From NCBI GenBank assembly GCA_963702635.1, contig CAVPDL010000017.1:68070-132069 (forward strand): 64,000 bases of DNA, written 5' to 3'. The translations under genes were made by a program, and so were the position numbers. Shown one piece after another: positions 1 to 13,991 of this stretch. Numbering within the stretch: the first letter of the stretch is position 1; the number at the start of each line of letters is the position of its first letter. The notes under the pieces are model-generated. The model made no database searches, had not been told where the DNA came from, and saw only the letters and a program-made list of their open reading frames with translations. This stretch comes from an uncultured Alphaproteobacteria bacterium. Its GTDB lineage: Bacteria > Pseudomonadota > Alphaproteobacteria > Rhizobiales > Xanthobacteraceae.

Positions 1-375
1 GGCGAGATCGACCAAGCCATTACGGCGCTGAAGCGGAACGGCGCGACGACAATCGTCGTTCAACCGAGCCCGTTCACTTATCGGGAACGCAGTCACATCA
101 TAAGTAGCGCTGCTGATAATGGTTTGGCGACGATATTTGGTTTTCCGGCAGCGGCGAGAGATGGCGCATTGCTGGCATACGGCCCGGACTATCTCCTCAT
201 GAATCAGCGGGCTCCGTTGTACGTCAAGCAAATTCTCAAAGGCACCAAGCCGGCTGATCTCCCTGTGGAGTTGCCCGCCAAGATCAATTTGCTGGTAAAT
301 CTCAAGACCGCCAAGGAGCTCGGGATTGAAATACCACTATCACTTCTCATTCGCGCCGATGAGTTGATTGAATAA
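1..375 (+). CDS. ABC transporter substrate-binding protein (COG2984-like), 3' part; truncated by window start
   Basis: Frame is open from position 1. C-terminus ILKGTKPADLPVELP..LVNLKTAKELGIEIPLSLLIRADELIE is the family signature and is paralogous to 26681..27655. Confidence 0.85.
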   Translation, partial: GEIDQAITALKRNGATTIVVQPSPFTYRERSHIISSAADNGLATIFGFPAAARDGALLAYGPDYLLMNQRAPLYVKQILKGTKPADLPVELPAKINLLVNLKTAKELGIEIPLSLLIRADELIE

Positions 376-498
376 GGCAGTTGGCAGGCACTGCTTAGGC
401 AACGATCCTCATTTTCAAGGACGTTCTAAGGTGAGTTTTCTCTGCTAAGACGTTGGCGTGAGAATCGTTCAAAGATTGAACGTTGCACAGCTCGGACA

Positions 499-3805
<3,307 letters not shown>

Positions 3806-3847
3806 CGTCGGCGATTTCTGAAAGGCGGCGCGGCAAACTCTTTTTAA

Positions 3848-3991
3848 CCCTCCCCGTCTTCGGGGAGGGCGGCCGAGCGGAGGCGATAGCCGAGCGAGGT
3901 CGGGTGGGGTGTGCCTAGCGATACGGCGAGCCACTCCCCACCCGGCCGCTCGCTATCGCTCGCGTCCACCCTCCCCGCGAAGCGGGGAGGG
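3848..3991. repeat. REP/RIME-like palindromic element, family A (CCCTCCCC...GGGGAGGG arms)
   Basis: Terminal hairpins ccctccccgtcttcggggaggg and ccctccccgcgaagcggggaggg plus internal inverted repeat gggtgggg/ccccaccc, between convergent genes. Confidence 0.8.
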
Positions 3992-4019
3992 ATAAGAAGA
4001 GCCTGCGGTACGGCTCGGG

Positions 4020-5067
4020 CTACCTCACCCCGCCCTTGTTCACCACCGGCCCGGTGTAGCCTTCCATGCGCTTCCGCAATTCCGTGATCAGCTTCTCGTC
4101 GACCATGAACTCGCGATAGTTGTTGGCGATCTTGTACGAGGTCAGCGGCTTGAAGCCCTCCGGCGGCGCCACGTCGGCGCGCGAGGAGAACGAGCCGACA
4201 TTGGCTCTGCTGCTCCTTGGCCAGGAACCATGTCACGTAGAGCTTCGCGGCGTTCGGATGCGGCGCGTCCTTGAAGATGCCGCCCGTGAGCGTGAACACC
4301 GGCGTTTCGTCCTCCGGCGACACCACCACCTCGAGCTTGCCCTGGCGCTTGAACGCCCACACCGACGACGACGCGTCGAAGGTCGCGATGTTCTCGCCCG
4401 AGGCGACGCTGCGCGCCACCGGCAGGTGGCCCTGCACGTAGTTCGGCTTGTTGGCCGTGTATTTGTCCATCCAGCCCCAGCCGTATTTCTGGATGATGAC
4501 GTGGAACAGGTAGAGCGTGGCGTCGTCGTCGGCCGGATAGCAGGTGATGAGCTTGCCGGCGAATATGGGTTTAAGGAAATCCTGCGCCGATTTCGGCGCG
4601 TCCTCGGGCTTCACCGCCGCCGTGTTGTAGGCATAGGTCAGAGCGTTGGCAGAGAACGACATGTAGGCGCCGTCGGCGTCGCGGAAGTTCGGATAGATCT
4701 GGTCGAAGCCGTCGGGCTTGAAGTTGAGGAGCTTGCCCTCCTTCTTCCACTTCACGAAGTCCTGCACGGTCTGGAAGAACGCCATGTCGACGGCGAGCTT
4801 CTTTTCCGCCATCTGCTGCTCGATCTTCTCGTTCAGCACATTGGTGAAGCCGCCGGTCACCGACACCGCGATGCCGGGGAACTGCTGCATGAACAGCTTG
4901 GCGCGGTTCTCGTGCGGCGCTGCCGGTCCGCCGGAATAGAACACGACTTCCTTTTCGGCCTTGGCCTTCTCGTAAAGCTCGGCGAGCGTTTCGGCGCGTG
5001 CGGCAGACACGGCGGTCACGGCGAGCGCGGCACAGGCCGGCACCAAGCGGACCAACAGTCTTGTCAT
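4020..5067 (-). CDS. extracellular solute-binding protein (iron/thiamine/polyamine-type ABC SBP); frameshift near 4200
   Basis: Signal peptide; LYEKAKAEKEVVFY and APHPNAAKLY motifs; corrected tail SRADVAPP...GPVVNKGGVR*. Confidence 0.8.
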
Positions 5068-5106
5068 GGCGTTTCCCCGTTGCAGTTTTGCGCAACGATA
5101 GGCCGC

Positions 5107-6344
5107 TCAGCGCCGCCGCACCAGCAGGAACGATAGGGCCAGCACGACTGTCAGCGCGTCCATCAGCAGCGCCAGCGGCAGGCCGCTCGGCGAGTCCGCC
5201 AGCAGCATGCCGGCGTACTGGGCGTGGCGGCGCCGATCGCCATCTGGCTGAAGCCGATGATGCCGGCGGCGGTTCCCGCCGCTTGCGGGCGCACGCTGAC
5301 CGCGCCGGAGATCGCGCCGGGCAGCAGCAGGCCGTTGCCGAAATTGACGATGAGCTGCGGCAGGAACACGACCGCCGGACCCCAATGCATCGCGCACGGC
5401 GATCAGCGCTGTCCCGACGGCCACGCCGACCGCTTCGATGGCGATGCCCCACCAGATCAAGCGGTCGATGCCGAAACCGCGTCGACAGCCGCGAGGCGAC
5501 GAAATTGCCGGCCATGTAGCCGATCGAGCAGATCGCGAACCAGACGCCGTATTCCGCGGAGCTGCGGCCCATCAGCGTGATGATGACATGCGGCGCCGCC
5601 GCCGAGGAACGCAAAGAAGGTCGCGGAGCCGAACGCCGCGGCGCAGACGTAGCCGAGGAATTTCGCGTGCTTTTGAACAGCGCGGCCAGGTCGCGGAAGA
5701 AGCCTTGCCTGGGCAGCGCCGGCGGGGCGTTGAGTCCGCGCGTCTCCGGCAGCGCCATCGCGGCCCAGACCACGACCATGGCGCTGGTGACCGCGGTGAA
5801 CAGGAAGATCGCCTCCCAGCCGAAGGCGGTGTCGAGCAGGCCGCCGATCAGCGGCCCGAACGTCGGCACCACCACCATGACGGTGGCGACAAGCCCGATC
5901 ATCGACGCGGCGCTGCTCGCGGTCGAACAGGTCGCGGATGATGGCGCGGCTGACCACGATGCCGGCCGAGGCGCCGAGCGCCTGCAGCACCCGCGCCACG
6001 ATCAGGCTGCCGGCCGTGCCGACGCCGAGCGCCAGCACGCTCGCCGCCGCGGTGAGGGTCGAGCCCGGCAAGGACCACCGGCCGGCGGCCGAAACGGTCG
6101 GACAGCGGTCCCATGACGAGCTGGCCGGCGGCAAGCGCCGAGCAGATAGACCGAGACGGTGAGCTGCACGGTGGCGATGTCGGAGGCGAGCCGGTTGGCG
6201 ATCTCCGGCAGCGCCGGCACCAGCGACGTTGAGCGTGGTCGGGCCGATCGCGGTCATCGCGATCAGCAGCACCAGCAGGCCCCACGGCGTCTTCTCCTGA
6301 GCGCGCGGGCTGTCGTGCAGTTGCCTGGCTTCGGCGGGGTCCAC
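5107..6344 (-). CDS. Bcr/CflA-family MFS drug efflux transporter (multiple frameshifts)
   Basis: Pieces PALPEIA, GPLSDRFGRRPV, RVLQALGASAGIVVSRAIIRDLF, LPET and AAGTAAGIIG spread across frames. Confidence 0.85.
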
Positions 6345-6367
6345 GGCGCTAGCAGCCGATCTCAACC

Positions 6368-6480
6368 GTCAGTCCGGGGCGGCCGAAGGCCGAACCCGGA
6401 ATCCATAACCCCGGTCTCACTGTCGCATCAGCACTGGGGTTATGGATTCCGGATCGCCGCTGCGCGGCGTCCGGAATGAC
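6368..6480. repeat. REP-like palindromic element, family B (GTCA.TCCGG...CCGGAATGAC)
   Basis: Outer arms gtcagtccgg/ccggaatgac; inner stem ccggaatccataacccc/ggggttatggattccgg. Confidence 0.8.
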
Positions 6481-6503
6481 CGCCGGAGATGCTGCCGCAT
6501 CTA

Positions 6504-8353
6504 TCAGCCCTGTCCGAGCGGGCGGGTGGCGGCGGCGAGCCAGGTCTGCGTCTCGTCATCGACCAGCGGCGATCAGCGCTTCGGCGACTCGCGCGTGGTA
6601 GTCGTCGAGCCACGACGGTTCGTCGGCGGTCAGCAGCTTCGGCTCGATCAGCCGGCGGTCGATCGGCGCCAAGCGTCAGCGTCTCGAACGCGTTGAGCGG
6701 CTTCTCGGCGCCCGCGACCTTCGGGCCCTCCACCACCAGCACCAGGTTCTCGATGCGGATGCCGTATTCGCCGGCTTTGTAATAGCCGGGCTCGTTCGAC
6801 AGGATCATGCCGCGCTTGAGCGCGCGCGTTGCCGAGCTTGGAGATGCGCGCCGGGCCCTCGTGCACCGACAGATAGCTGCCGACGCCGTGGCCGGTGCCG
6901 TGGTCGAAATCGAGGCCGCGCTGCCACAGCGCCTGCCGCGCGAACGGGTCGAGCTGCGCGCCGGCTGATGCCGTCGGGAAACACCGCGCGGGCGATGCGC
7001 GATGTGGCCCTTGAGCACCAGGCGTGAAGCGCTCGCGCATCTCGGCGGTCGGCTCGCCGACCGCGACGGTGCGGGTGATGTCGGTGGTGCCGTCCTCGTA
7101 TTGGCCGCCGGAGTCGATCAGGAACAATTCGTCCGGCGCGATCTTGCGGTCGGTCGAGCGCGTCACGCGGTAGTGCACGATGGCGCCGTCGGGTCCGGCG
7201 CCGGAGATGCTCGGGAACGACACGTCCTTGAGCAGGCCGGTGTCGCGGCGGAAGCTTTCCAGCGCCTCGACCGCGGCGATCTCGGTGAGCTCGCCTTTCG
7301 GCGCCTCGCGGTCGAACCAGGCGAGGAAGCGCGTCACCGCAGCGCCATCGCGCAGATGCGCGTCGCGCGCGCGCCGGCGATCTCGACCGGGTTCTTCACC
7401 GCCTTCATCATCGCGATCGGATCGGGGCCGCGCAGACGCCTTGCCGCCGGCCTCGCTCGATGAGGCGCGACAGCGCGTCGGCCCCGGTCGCCTGGTCGAG
7501 CCGCACGGTGCGATGCGCTGCGCCGAGCGCTTTCAGATCGTCGATGAAGGCGTCAGGCTCGCGGACCTCGGTGCATTCTTCGAGCTTGTGGCGCACCGCG
7601 TTGGAGAGCTTGGCGCCGTCGATATAGAGCGACGGCCTGCCATCCTTCGGCACGATGGCGAACGCGATCGGCAGCGGCGTGTGCGCCACGTCGGAGCCGC
7701 GGATGTTGAAGGTCCAGGCCACCGCGTGCGGATCGGAGATCACCAGCGCGTCGGCGCGCAAGCTTCGCGATCTCGTCGCGGATGCGGTCGAGCTTCGCGG
7801 TTGCCGTTTCGCCGGCGAATCGCAGATCGTGCAGCGACACCGGCGCCGAGCGGCGGCGCCGGCCGGTCGGTCCAGATCGCGTCGATCGGGTTGGGCTCGG
7901 CCGGCTACCAGCGTCGCGCCGGCGTTGGCGCAGGCGCGCGCCAGCCGCTCGGCGCCCTCGGCGGTGTGCAGCCAGGGGTCGTAGCCGAGCTTGGCTGCCC
8001 GCCGGCAGGTTCTGCTCGATCCAACGGTCCGGCGCGATCTCGGTGATGTGCACGATCGCAAACAGCGGCTGTTCGACCTGCGTCCTTGGCCTGCAGCGTG
8101 TAGCGGCCATCGACGAACAGCGCCGCGCGGTCCGCCAGCACGATGGTGGTTCCGGCCGATCCGGTGAAGCCGGTTAGCCAGGCGAGCCGCTCCTCGGATG
8201 GCGGCACGTATTCGTTCTGATGCCGGTCGGCGCGCGGCAGGATGAAGCCGGAAAGCCCGCTGCGGACCAATTCGCTGACGCAGCGCCTGCAACGCGCGGT
8301 CCGGTCTGCGCCGGTTTCGGATCGTCGAATGACTGGAAAACGGCCTCGAACAT
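6504..8353 (-). CDS. Xaa-Pro aminopeptidase (aminopeptidase P family); multiple frameshifts
   Basis: MFEAVFQSF start; PRADRHQNEYVP, LAWLTGFTGSAG, DSGGQYEDGTTDITRT, HGTGHGVGSYLSVHEGP, SNEPGYY..GIRIENL. Confidence 0.9.
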
Positions 8354-8566
8354 GCGCGGCCAATCTATGGGCCGGGGCAGGGCGCGGCAAATGCGACGCG
8401 AAGTGCGGCACGCCTTGCGTGCAGTGCAATAATATCAGCCGGAATGATGTTATCGCGGCGGCTTGATCGATCCGATCAAAAGACTGAATTAATCGTTTAA
8501 TTATGCAGACTTACGCCATGAGCTATGCGGCGATAGGACTACTGTCTGGCTCGAATCGGCCTATGT

Positions 8567-8578
8567 TGCATTGCAGAA
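8567..8578 (+). promoter_or_regulatory. candidate PhaR-type operator TGCATTGCAGAA
   Basis: Matches the TGCRNYGCASMA consensus recalled for rhizobial PhaR; a related TGCAGTGCA lies near 8420. Confidence 0.35.
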
Positions 8579-8635
8579 AAGACGGGTAGCAAGGGGATCT
8601 GCCGTCAGTCTTTCCAACGAACAAAGGAGTTCCCC

Positions 8636-8870
8636 ATGTCCACAATCACCTATGAAATTGCCCGCACCCGCAGCGCCCAGGCCGCCGCGAAGACCGCGCC
8701 AAAGCGCCCGGGCCTGGTTGCACGTTTTTACGCACGGATGATCGAGGCCCGGCGCGAGACGGCCATGAGAGAGTTTCGCCGCCACGGCCCACCTGCTGCC
8801 GAGCGAGCTGGAGCAGGCCGGCTGGAAGATCAACGAGCGCAGCGAGGATTCGCTGCCGTTCGTGCGCTGA
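8636..8870 (+). CDS. small basic hypothetical protein (~77 aa after a one-base correction near 8787)
   Basis: AAGGAG RBS; MSTITYE...MIEARRETAMREFRRH joins LLPSELEQAGWKINERSEDSLPFVR* in the adjacent frame. Confidence 0.7.
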
Positions 8871-9111
8871 AACGGACAGCCGGTTCTTCACTTGATCGTG
8901 TGCCGCTGCCTTGGGCCTCGGTTTGGACGAGGCAGCGGTGATTTTCCCTTAGCTCACAAAGGCTTGCGCGATGAACTGCGACAATATGCAGCAGGGGCAA
9001 TGGACCCATGCTTCCTTGCTCGTGCTGCTGACAAATCCGACTCGGTATAGGTGCTGTCATGCGAAGCCCGTTGGACCGGGACCAGAAGGTCTTCGCAATG
9101 TGGAGGCCCAA

Positions 9112-9325
9112 ATGGCTACGCTGACATTCCCTGGCTGCAACTCGCCCGAACAGCGCCAACCGCGCGGCGCGTTGCTGCGTTTGCTGGATACGCTGGCGGA
9201 GTGGCAGATGCGCCATTCGCACAGCGTGATCCGCCGCATTCAGACCGGACGCTGCCATCATCAGCAGCGTGACCCAGCCGTCCAGCGCGAACGAGCGCTC
9301 CAGCACCAAGCCCTGCGATCGGTAG
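9112..9325 (+). CDS. small hypothetical protein overlapping the 3' end of prmA (one-base correction near 9255)
   Basis: GGAGG RBS at 9102-9106; MATLTFP..GALLRLLDTLAEWQMRH resembles the 8636 protein. Confidence 0.5.
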
Positions 9326-10149
9326 GCGGCAATCGCCGCGTTGGCCTGCGCTGCCAGGATTCCGGACAGCACCACGCGCGCATTCGGCATGAGCTGCCGC
9401 GCCATCGGCGCGGCCAGCCGCTGCAGCGGCTGCAGCAGGATATTCGCCAGCACCAGATCGAACGGCGCCCGCGCGACGATTTGCGGCGCGCGCAGTCCAG
9501 CCGCCTGCACAGCGGTGACGAATGCGCCGACGCCGTTCAGCGCCGCGTTGGCCCGTGCGTTTTCCACGGCGATCGCGGTCGATGTCGGTCGCCAGCACCG
9601 GCATGTGGAACAGCTTCGCCGCCGCGATCGCCAGGATGCCGGAGCCGGTGCCGAGATCGAGGATGTGGCGTGGCTTGCTGCTGCGCGCCAGCGCGTCCAG
9701 CGCCAGCAGGCAGCCGCGCGTGGTGCCGTGATGGCCGGTGCCGAACGCGGTCGCGGCCTCGATCTCGATGGCGACGCAATGGCCCGGCACGCGGTCGCGG
9801 TCATGGGCGCCGTGCACGACGAAGCGGCCGGCACTGACCGGCCGAAGCCCGACAAGACTTTCCTTAACCCAATCGCGCGGCGCGATCTGCTGCACCTGCA
9901 CCGCGACGCCATTCCCGAGGTTGTCGGCCTGCGCCAGGACCACGCGCAATTCGGCCGGCTTCGGCCGGCTGTCGGAAATGCACGTCGACCTGCCAGCGCC
10001 CGTCGCGTCTGCTCGAATGCCGCGCAGGCGGTCTCGGCGGGGTCGAGGCTTTCCGACAGCAAATTGGCGATGCGCCGCGCCGAGCCTTCGTCGGTGCGAA
10101 GCCGGGCCACATAGGTCGCGGCGCTGGATTTGTTTTGGGCGTTGGTCAC
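9240..10149 (-). CDS. prmA: 50S ribosomal protein L11 methyltransferase (frameshifts)
   Basis: DWVKESL, AFGTGHHGTTRGCL, ILDLGTGSGILAIAA, FDLVLANIL, VLSGIL. Confidence 0.92.
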
Positions 10150-10276
10150 AGCGGTTTATGCACGCGGCGGACGCCAACTTCCACAGCAATTATCAACCGG
10201 ATATAGACAGGCTTGTCGGCGGCTTGCTCCGCTTGCATGTCGCAAACTTTTCCCGAACCGGTCCACAGGGCATCGC

Positions 10277-10874
10277 ATGGATATCGAAGGCAAACTGGCC
10301 TGCGCCGAACTGATCCAGGCCTGGGGCTTCGCCCGCGACCAGGCGCCGCTGGGACGATCTCGCGGCGATCTTCCATCCCGGCGGCGAGATCGCGGTGTCC
10401 TGGTTCCGCGGGCCCTACACCGGAATTCGTCGCGCATTGCCAGCGCAACTACGGCCGCGGCAGCGTCGCCAAGCATCTGCTCTGGCCGGCGCGCGTTGCG
10501 GTGAACGGCGCCCGCGCCACGTCCGAGACCAATGTCGCCATCCTGGTGCGCCAGACCATCGATGGCGTCGCGACCGACCTGACCTCGAACGGCCGCTTCC
10601 TCGACCGCATCGAGCAACGCAACGGCGATTGGCGCATGGTCGAGCGCGCGACGCTGTACGAGAAGGACCGCCTCGATCCGGTCGAGCCGTCGGCAGCGTT
10701 CGATGCGCTGATGGCGAAATCCGGACGCCGCGAAATATCCGGCGCAATACCGCTACATGGCCTATCGCGTCGCCGCCGCCGGCCGCTCGCTGGCCGAGCC
10801 GGTGCATTACGACGGCCGTTCGGAAACCGAGGCGCTCAAGGCGCGCTACGCGGACGTGGCTCGCGGAGAAATAA
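10277..10874 (+). CDS. SnoaL-like / NTF2-fold protein (frameshifts)
   Basis: WGFARDQ..WDDLAAIFHP..IAVSWFRGP, RATSETNV, GRFLDRIEQRNGDWRM. Confidence 0.75.
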
Positions 10875-10878
10875 GGTG

Positions 10879-10913
10879 GATCCGGGGTCCGGTGCTTTGC
10901 GCCGGACCCCGGA
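10879..10913. repeat. GC-rich hairpin (REP-like or terminator)
   Basis: atccggggtccgg-loop-ccggaccccggat directly after the stop codon. Confidence 0.6.
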
Positions 10914-11100
10914 TGAGGCAATACGACAAGTCGACATGATATCCGCATATCCGCCGTCCACCGCTTGTGTTCGAAGTGCGGCATAGCCCAAAGCTAACGC
11001 GAATTTCGCCCCTGAAGTCTCCTCCGGTATTGTCACGCCGACCGCGCCATTCGCCGCAATTCGACGGCGAAGCCTTTCACGACAAATCTTTCGCACGGCA

Positions 11101-11125
11101 GGAACGGAGAGCCCGCACGCCTGTT
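11101..11125 (+). promoter_or_regulatory. candidate EcfG (general stress sigma) promoter
   Basis: GGAAC-N17-GTT about 40 nt upstream of ATG 11165. Confidence 0.35.
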
Positions 11126-11164
11126 GTCATCGCGGGCAATATCGGACCAAGGGAGTTGACCCTC

Positions 11165-11602
11165 ATGTGCGATTACAGTCTCGAACACGTGGCGTCCCGG
11201 CCGGCCGCGGTGGCCGATCGGCTGATCATGACCAGTTTCCGCCATACCATCACCCGTGGGTTTGCCAGTGCGGGCGATCTCAACACTGCCGTGTGTCTGC
11301 GGCCGGGCACGGAGATCGCCTTTGACCGGGACGTGCGCTACGAGCACCCGATCACCCACTGGCAGAAAACCGCGCGGAGCAAGGTGGCGCGCTTTCGTCA
11401 GATCGACATGCACGTCTCGCATACCCATCACGACGCGCTGGAATTCGCCGACGGTACCATCGTGCCGCTAACGCGGCTGTTGCCCGGCCAATGGGCGACG
11501 GTGTTGCAACTGCCGAGCGTGCCGCTAAAGACGATCGAAGGCGAAACCACGGTGCCCGACAGCGCCGCAGTCGAGCCGCGGCCTGCCGACTTTTTCGCCT
11601 AG
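11165..11602 (+). CDS. conserved rhizobial hypothetical protein (MCDYSL... family)
   Basis: GGGAG RBS; MCDYSL, AVCLRPGTEIAF, ARFRQI, HHDALEF.DG, GQ.ATVLQLP. Confidence 0.8.
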   Translation: MCDYSLEHVASRPAAVADRLIMTSFRHTITRGFASAGDLNTAVCLRPGTEIAFDRDVRYEHPITHWQKTARSKVARFRQIDMHVSHTHHDALEFADGTIVPLTRLLPGQWATVLQLPSVPLKTIEGETTVPDSAAVEPRPADFFA

Positions 11603-11610
11603 GGGCGAAA

Positions 11611-11666
11611 CCATATCCGGGGTCGCAGCGCAGCGCATCAACAGCACGCTGCGAACCCGGGATATG
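11611..11666. repeat. REP-like hairpin between convergent genes
   Basis: catatccggggtcgcagcg pairs with cgctgcgaacccgggatatg. Confidence 0.6.
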
Positions 11667-11752
11667 CCTGACTCGCCGCAAGAAATGCTTCGCCTTTTCG
11701 AGGCGGTCGCGCTGCACCGGCCGGGTTTTCGTGTCACCCCGGGTGGCTCTTG

Positions 11753-12448
11753 TCAGTTCCAGGGCGAGCCTGGGAATGGAAAGAACGGCGGTGGCGGTCG
11801 GTACGGCTCCTCGCGATTGTCGTACACCGGCGCTCCGTCGCGGCCGCGATAGATCGGCTGCGCGTTTCGCGAATAGTTCGGCAGGACGCCATGCTGCGGG
11901 GCCGCCGCGATGACACCATCGTCGTGATAGTCGCGCTGATAGGGGCCGGGCTGGCCATAGCCTTGCTGGTAGTCCGGCGCGCGCCGCACCATCTCGGGCG
12001 CGCCGCCGCGCGGGATTGCGCCGTACAGCACCACGCGGGTGTTGTTCAAGCCTTCGCGCTTGACCAGATCGAACAGCATGCGCGAGTTCTCGACGCTGAG
12101 CCGCACGCAACCGTGCGACGCTGGCCGGCCGATCGAGGTGTGGCTGGTGCCGTGGATGGCATGGCCCCGCCGGGTGAAGAAGATCGAGTTCGGCATCGGC
12201 GCGTCGTCCCATTCGCGGCTGAAATGGTCGCGCTCCATGCGGAACGGCGTGTAGGAGCCGCCCGGCGTGTCGTAGCGGCTGACGCCGGTCGACACCGGCC
12301 AGGTGAACAGATGGGCGCCGTCCTGCGAGACGGTCATGCGCTGGGACGACTTGTCGATCTCAATCAGGAGGCTGGCCGAGGCGGGCAGCGTCGATAGCGC
12401 CAACAAACCGGCCGCGAACGCCACCGCGATGGGCCGAACGAGACTTCA
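11753..12448 (-). CDS. L,D-transpeptidase (YkuD) family protein with low-complexity C-tail
   Basis: Signal peptide; WPVSTG, APMPNSIFF, HAIHGT...ASHGCVRL catalytic motif. Confidence 0.9.
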
Positions 12449-12531
12449 TGATTGGCACTCCACCCGACTTCAAAAGCTGCATCGGCAGTCTAGCGCAAGG
12501 GAGGGCCGGAATATGGCGGGCGCCAACTGTA

Positions 12532-12915
12532 TCAGTCTTCGGGGCCGTGACGCCGGGTGTACGCCGGCTGCGATGGCGCCTGCACCGGTCGCGATGGCGG
12601 CACGGTCGCAGCTTCGAACTCGATCACGGCCTGGTCGGGCTGCGTCTTTCCCTTCGGTTCAGGCACGATGATATCCGGGATTTTCGATAGCGTAATGTCG
12701 ACAGCGGCTGCCGACGGCTCCGGCGCGGCACTGCGCTGCGGCGCCGACGGCTTCTGCACCGCGGGTTTCGGAGCGGCCGGCTTCGGTGCGGCACGACTGG
12801 GTGCACAAGGCGGACGATCGACCCCGCCGCACTCGGCTGCGCGCGACGTCACGGCAAGCGCGCCGAGCCACAGGAGGGCCGTTGCGATCAGCGCCGTAGG
12901 AACTTTGAATCGCAT
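12532..12915 (-). CDS. exported Pro/Ala-rich hypothetical protein
   Basis: GGAG RBS; signal peptide MRFKVPTALIATALLWLGALA; APKPA repeats. Confidence 0.55.
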   Translation of the reverse strand: MRFKVPTALIATALLWLGALAVTSRAAECGGVDRPPCAPSRAAPKPAAPKPAVQKPSAPQRSAAPEPSAAAVDITLSKIPDIIVPEPKGKTQPDQAVIEFEAATVPPSRPVQAPSQPAYTRRHGPED

Positions 12916-13053
12916 ACTCCAACCCCGGTGTTCGGTGCATTGTCGCGCAAGGAGCACTGTCGTGACAATGCTCTCATGCAGCGCCAAGTCTTGCGCTGGC
13001 CAGGGGCGCGGACGACAATGCCGCAAACACGGCATCAATCGGGAGCTCCAGTG

Positions 13054-13950
13054 ATGTCCGCTCTGGCCGCGTCCGCCGTCATCGAGGACGATATTCAGGT
13101 CATTCCGCAGGACGCCGTGATCGGCGCGGAAATCGGGGGCGTCGATCTATCGAAGCCGCTCGCCGCGCGAACATTTGCCAGGATCGAGGCCGCTTACGAT
13201 CGTCACACCGTCCTGGTGTTTCGCGATCAGAAGCTGACGCCCGAGCAGCACATCGGCTTTGGCCGGAGTTTCGGCCCGCTCGAGATCCACGTGCTCAAGC
13301 GCTACTTGCTGGCCGGCCATCCGGAAATCCTGCTGATCTCCAACATCGTCAAGGCGGACGGAGAATTTCTCGGCCTGCCCGACGCGGGCCAGACCTGGCA
13401 CACCGACACCTCCTACCGCCCCCGTCCGAGTCGCGGCTCGATCCTCTACGCGATCGAAATTCCCCACGACGACAACGGCAATGCGATCGGCGACACCTTG
13501 TTTGCCGGCACCGCCCCCGCCTATGACGCGCTGCCCGAGGCCATGAAGCAGAAGCTCGCCGGTCGCAAGGCGATCCACAGCTACGGCCGGCGCAAGCGGC
13601 CGGAAGGCAGCCAGCGCAACAAGATGTTCAAGGCCGAGATCGACGCGGTGCCCGACATCTCTCATCCCGTCGTCCGTACCCATCCCAACACCGGCCGCAA
13701 GGCGCTCTACGTGTTCGAAGGCGAGTGCGTCGGCATCGAGGGCATGCCCGACGACGAGGCGCGCGAAATCATCGCCGGGCTGACCTGCCACTGCATCCAG
13801 CCGAAGTTCATCTATCGGCACAAATGGCGGGTCGGCGATGTGGTGATGTGGGACAATGCCGCGGCGCTGCATCTGGCGGTCGCCGACTATAAGCTGCCGC
13901 AGCGGCGCCTGTTGCATCGCGTCACGGTCGAGGGCGGCGTGCCGGTTTGA
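13054..13950 (+). CDS. TauD/TfdA family Fe(II)/2-oxoglutarate dioxygenase
   Basis: IGAEIGGVDL, VLVFRDQ, WHTD, GDTLFA, HPVVRTHP.TGRKAL, WDN....H...R.LHR. Confidence 0.92.
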   Translation: MSALAASAVIEDDIQVIPQDAVIGAEIGGVDLSKPLAARTFARIEAAYDRHTVLVFRDQKLTPEQHIGFGRSFGPLEIHVLKRYLLAGHPEILLISNIVKADGEFLGLPDAGQTWHTDTSYRPRPSRGSILYAIEIPHDDNGNAIGDTLFAGTAPAYDALPEAMKQKLAGRKAIHSYGRRKRPEGSQRNKMFKAEIDAVPDISHPVVRTHPNTGRKALYVFEGECVGIEGMPDDEAREIIAGLTCHCIQPKFIYRHKWRVGDVVMWDNAAALHLAVADYKLPQRRLLHRVTVEGGVPV

Positions 13951-13991
13951 AGCGTGACGGTCTGGTCAAAGCAGCGAGTGAGGCAGCCAAA

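Noticed and set aside
8463-8500. FixK/FNR box or CtrA site upstream of the small protein
   Set aside because: Spacing is wrong: TTGAT-N7-ATCAA instead of N4, and TTAA-N4-TTAA instead of N7.
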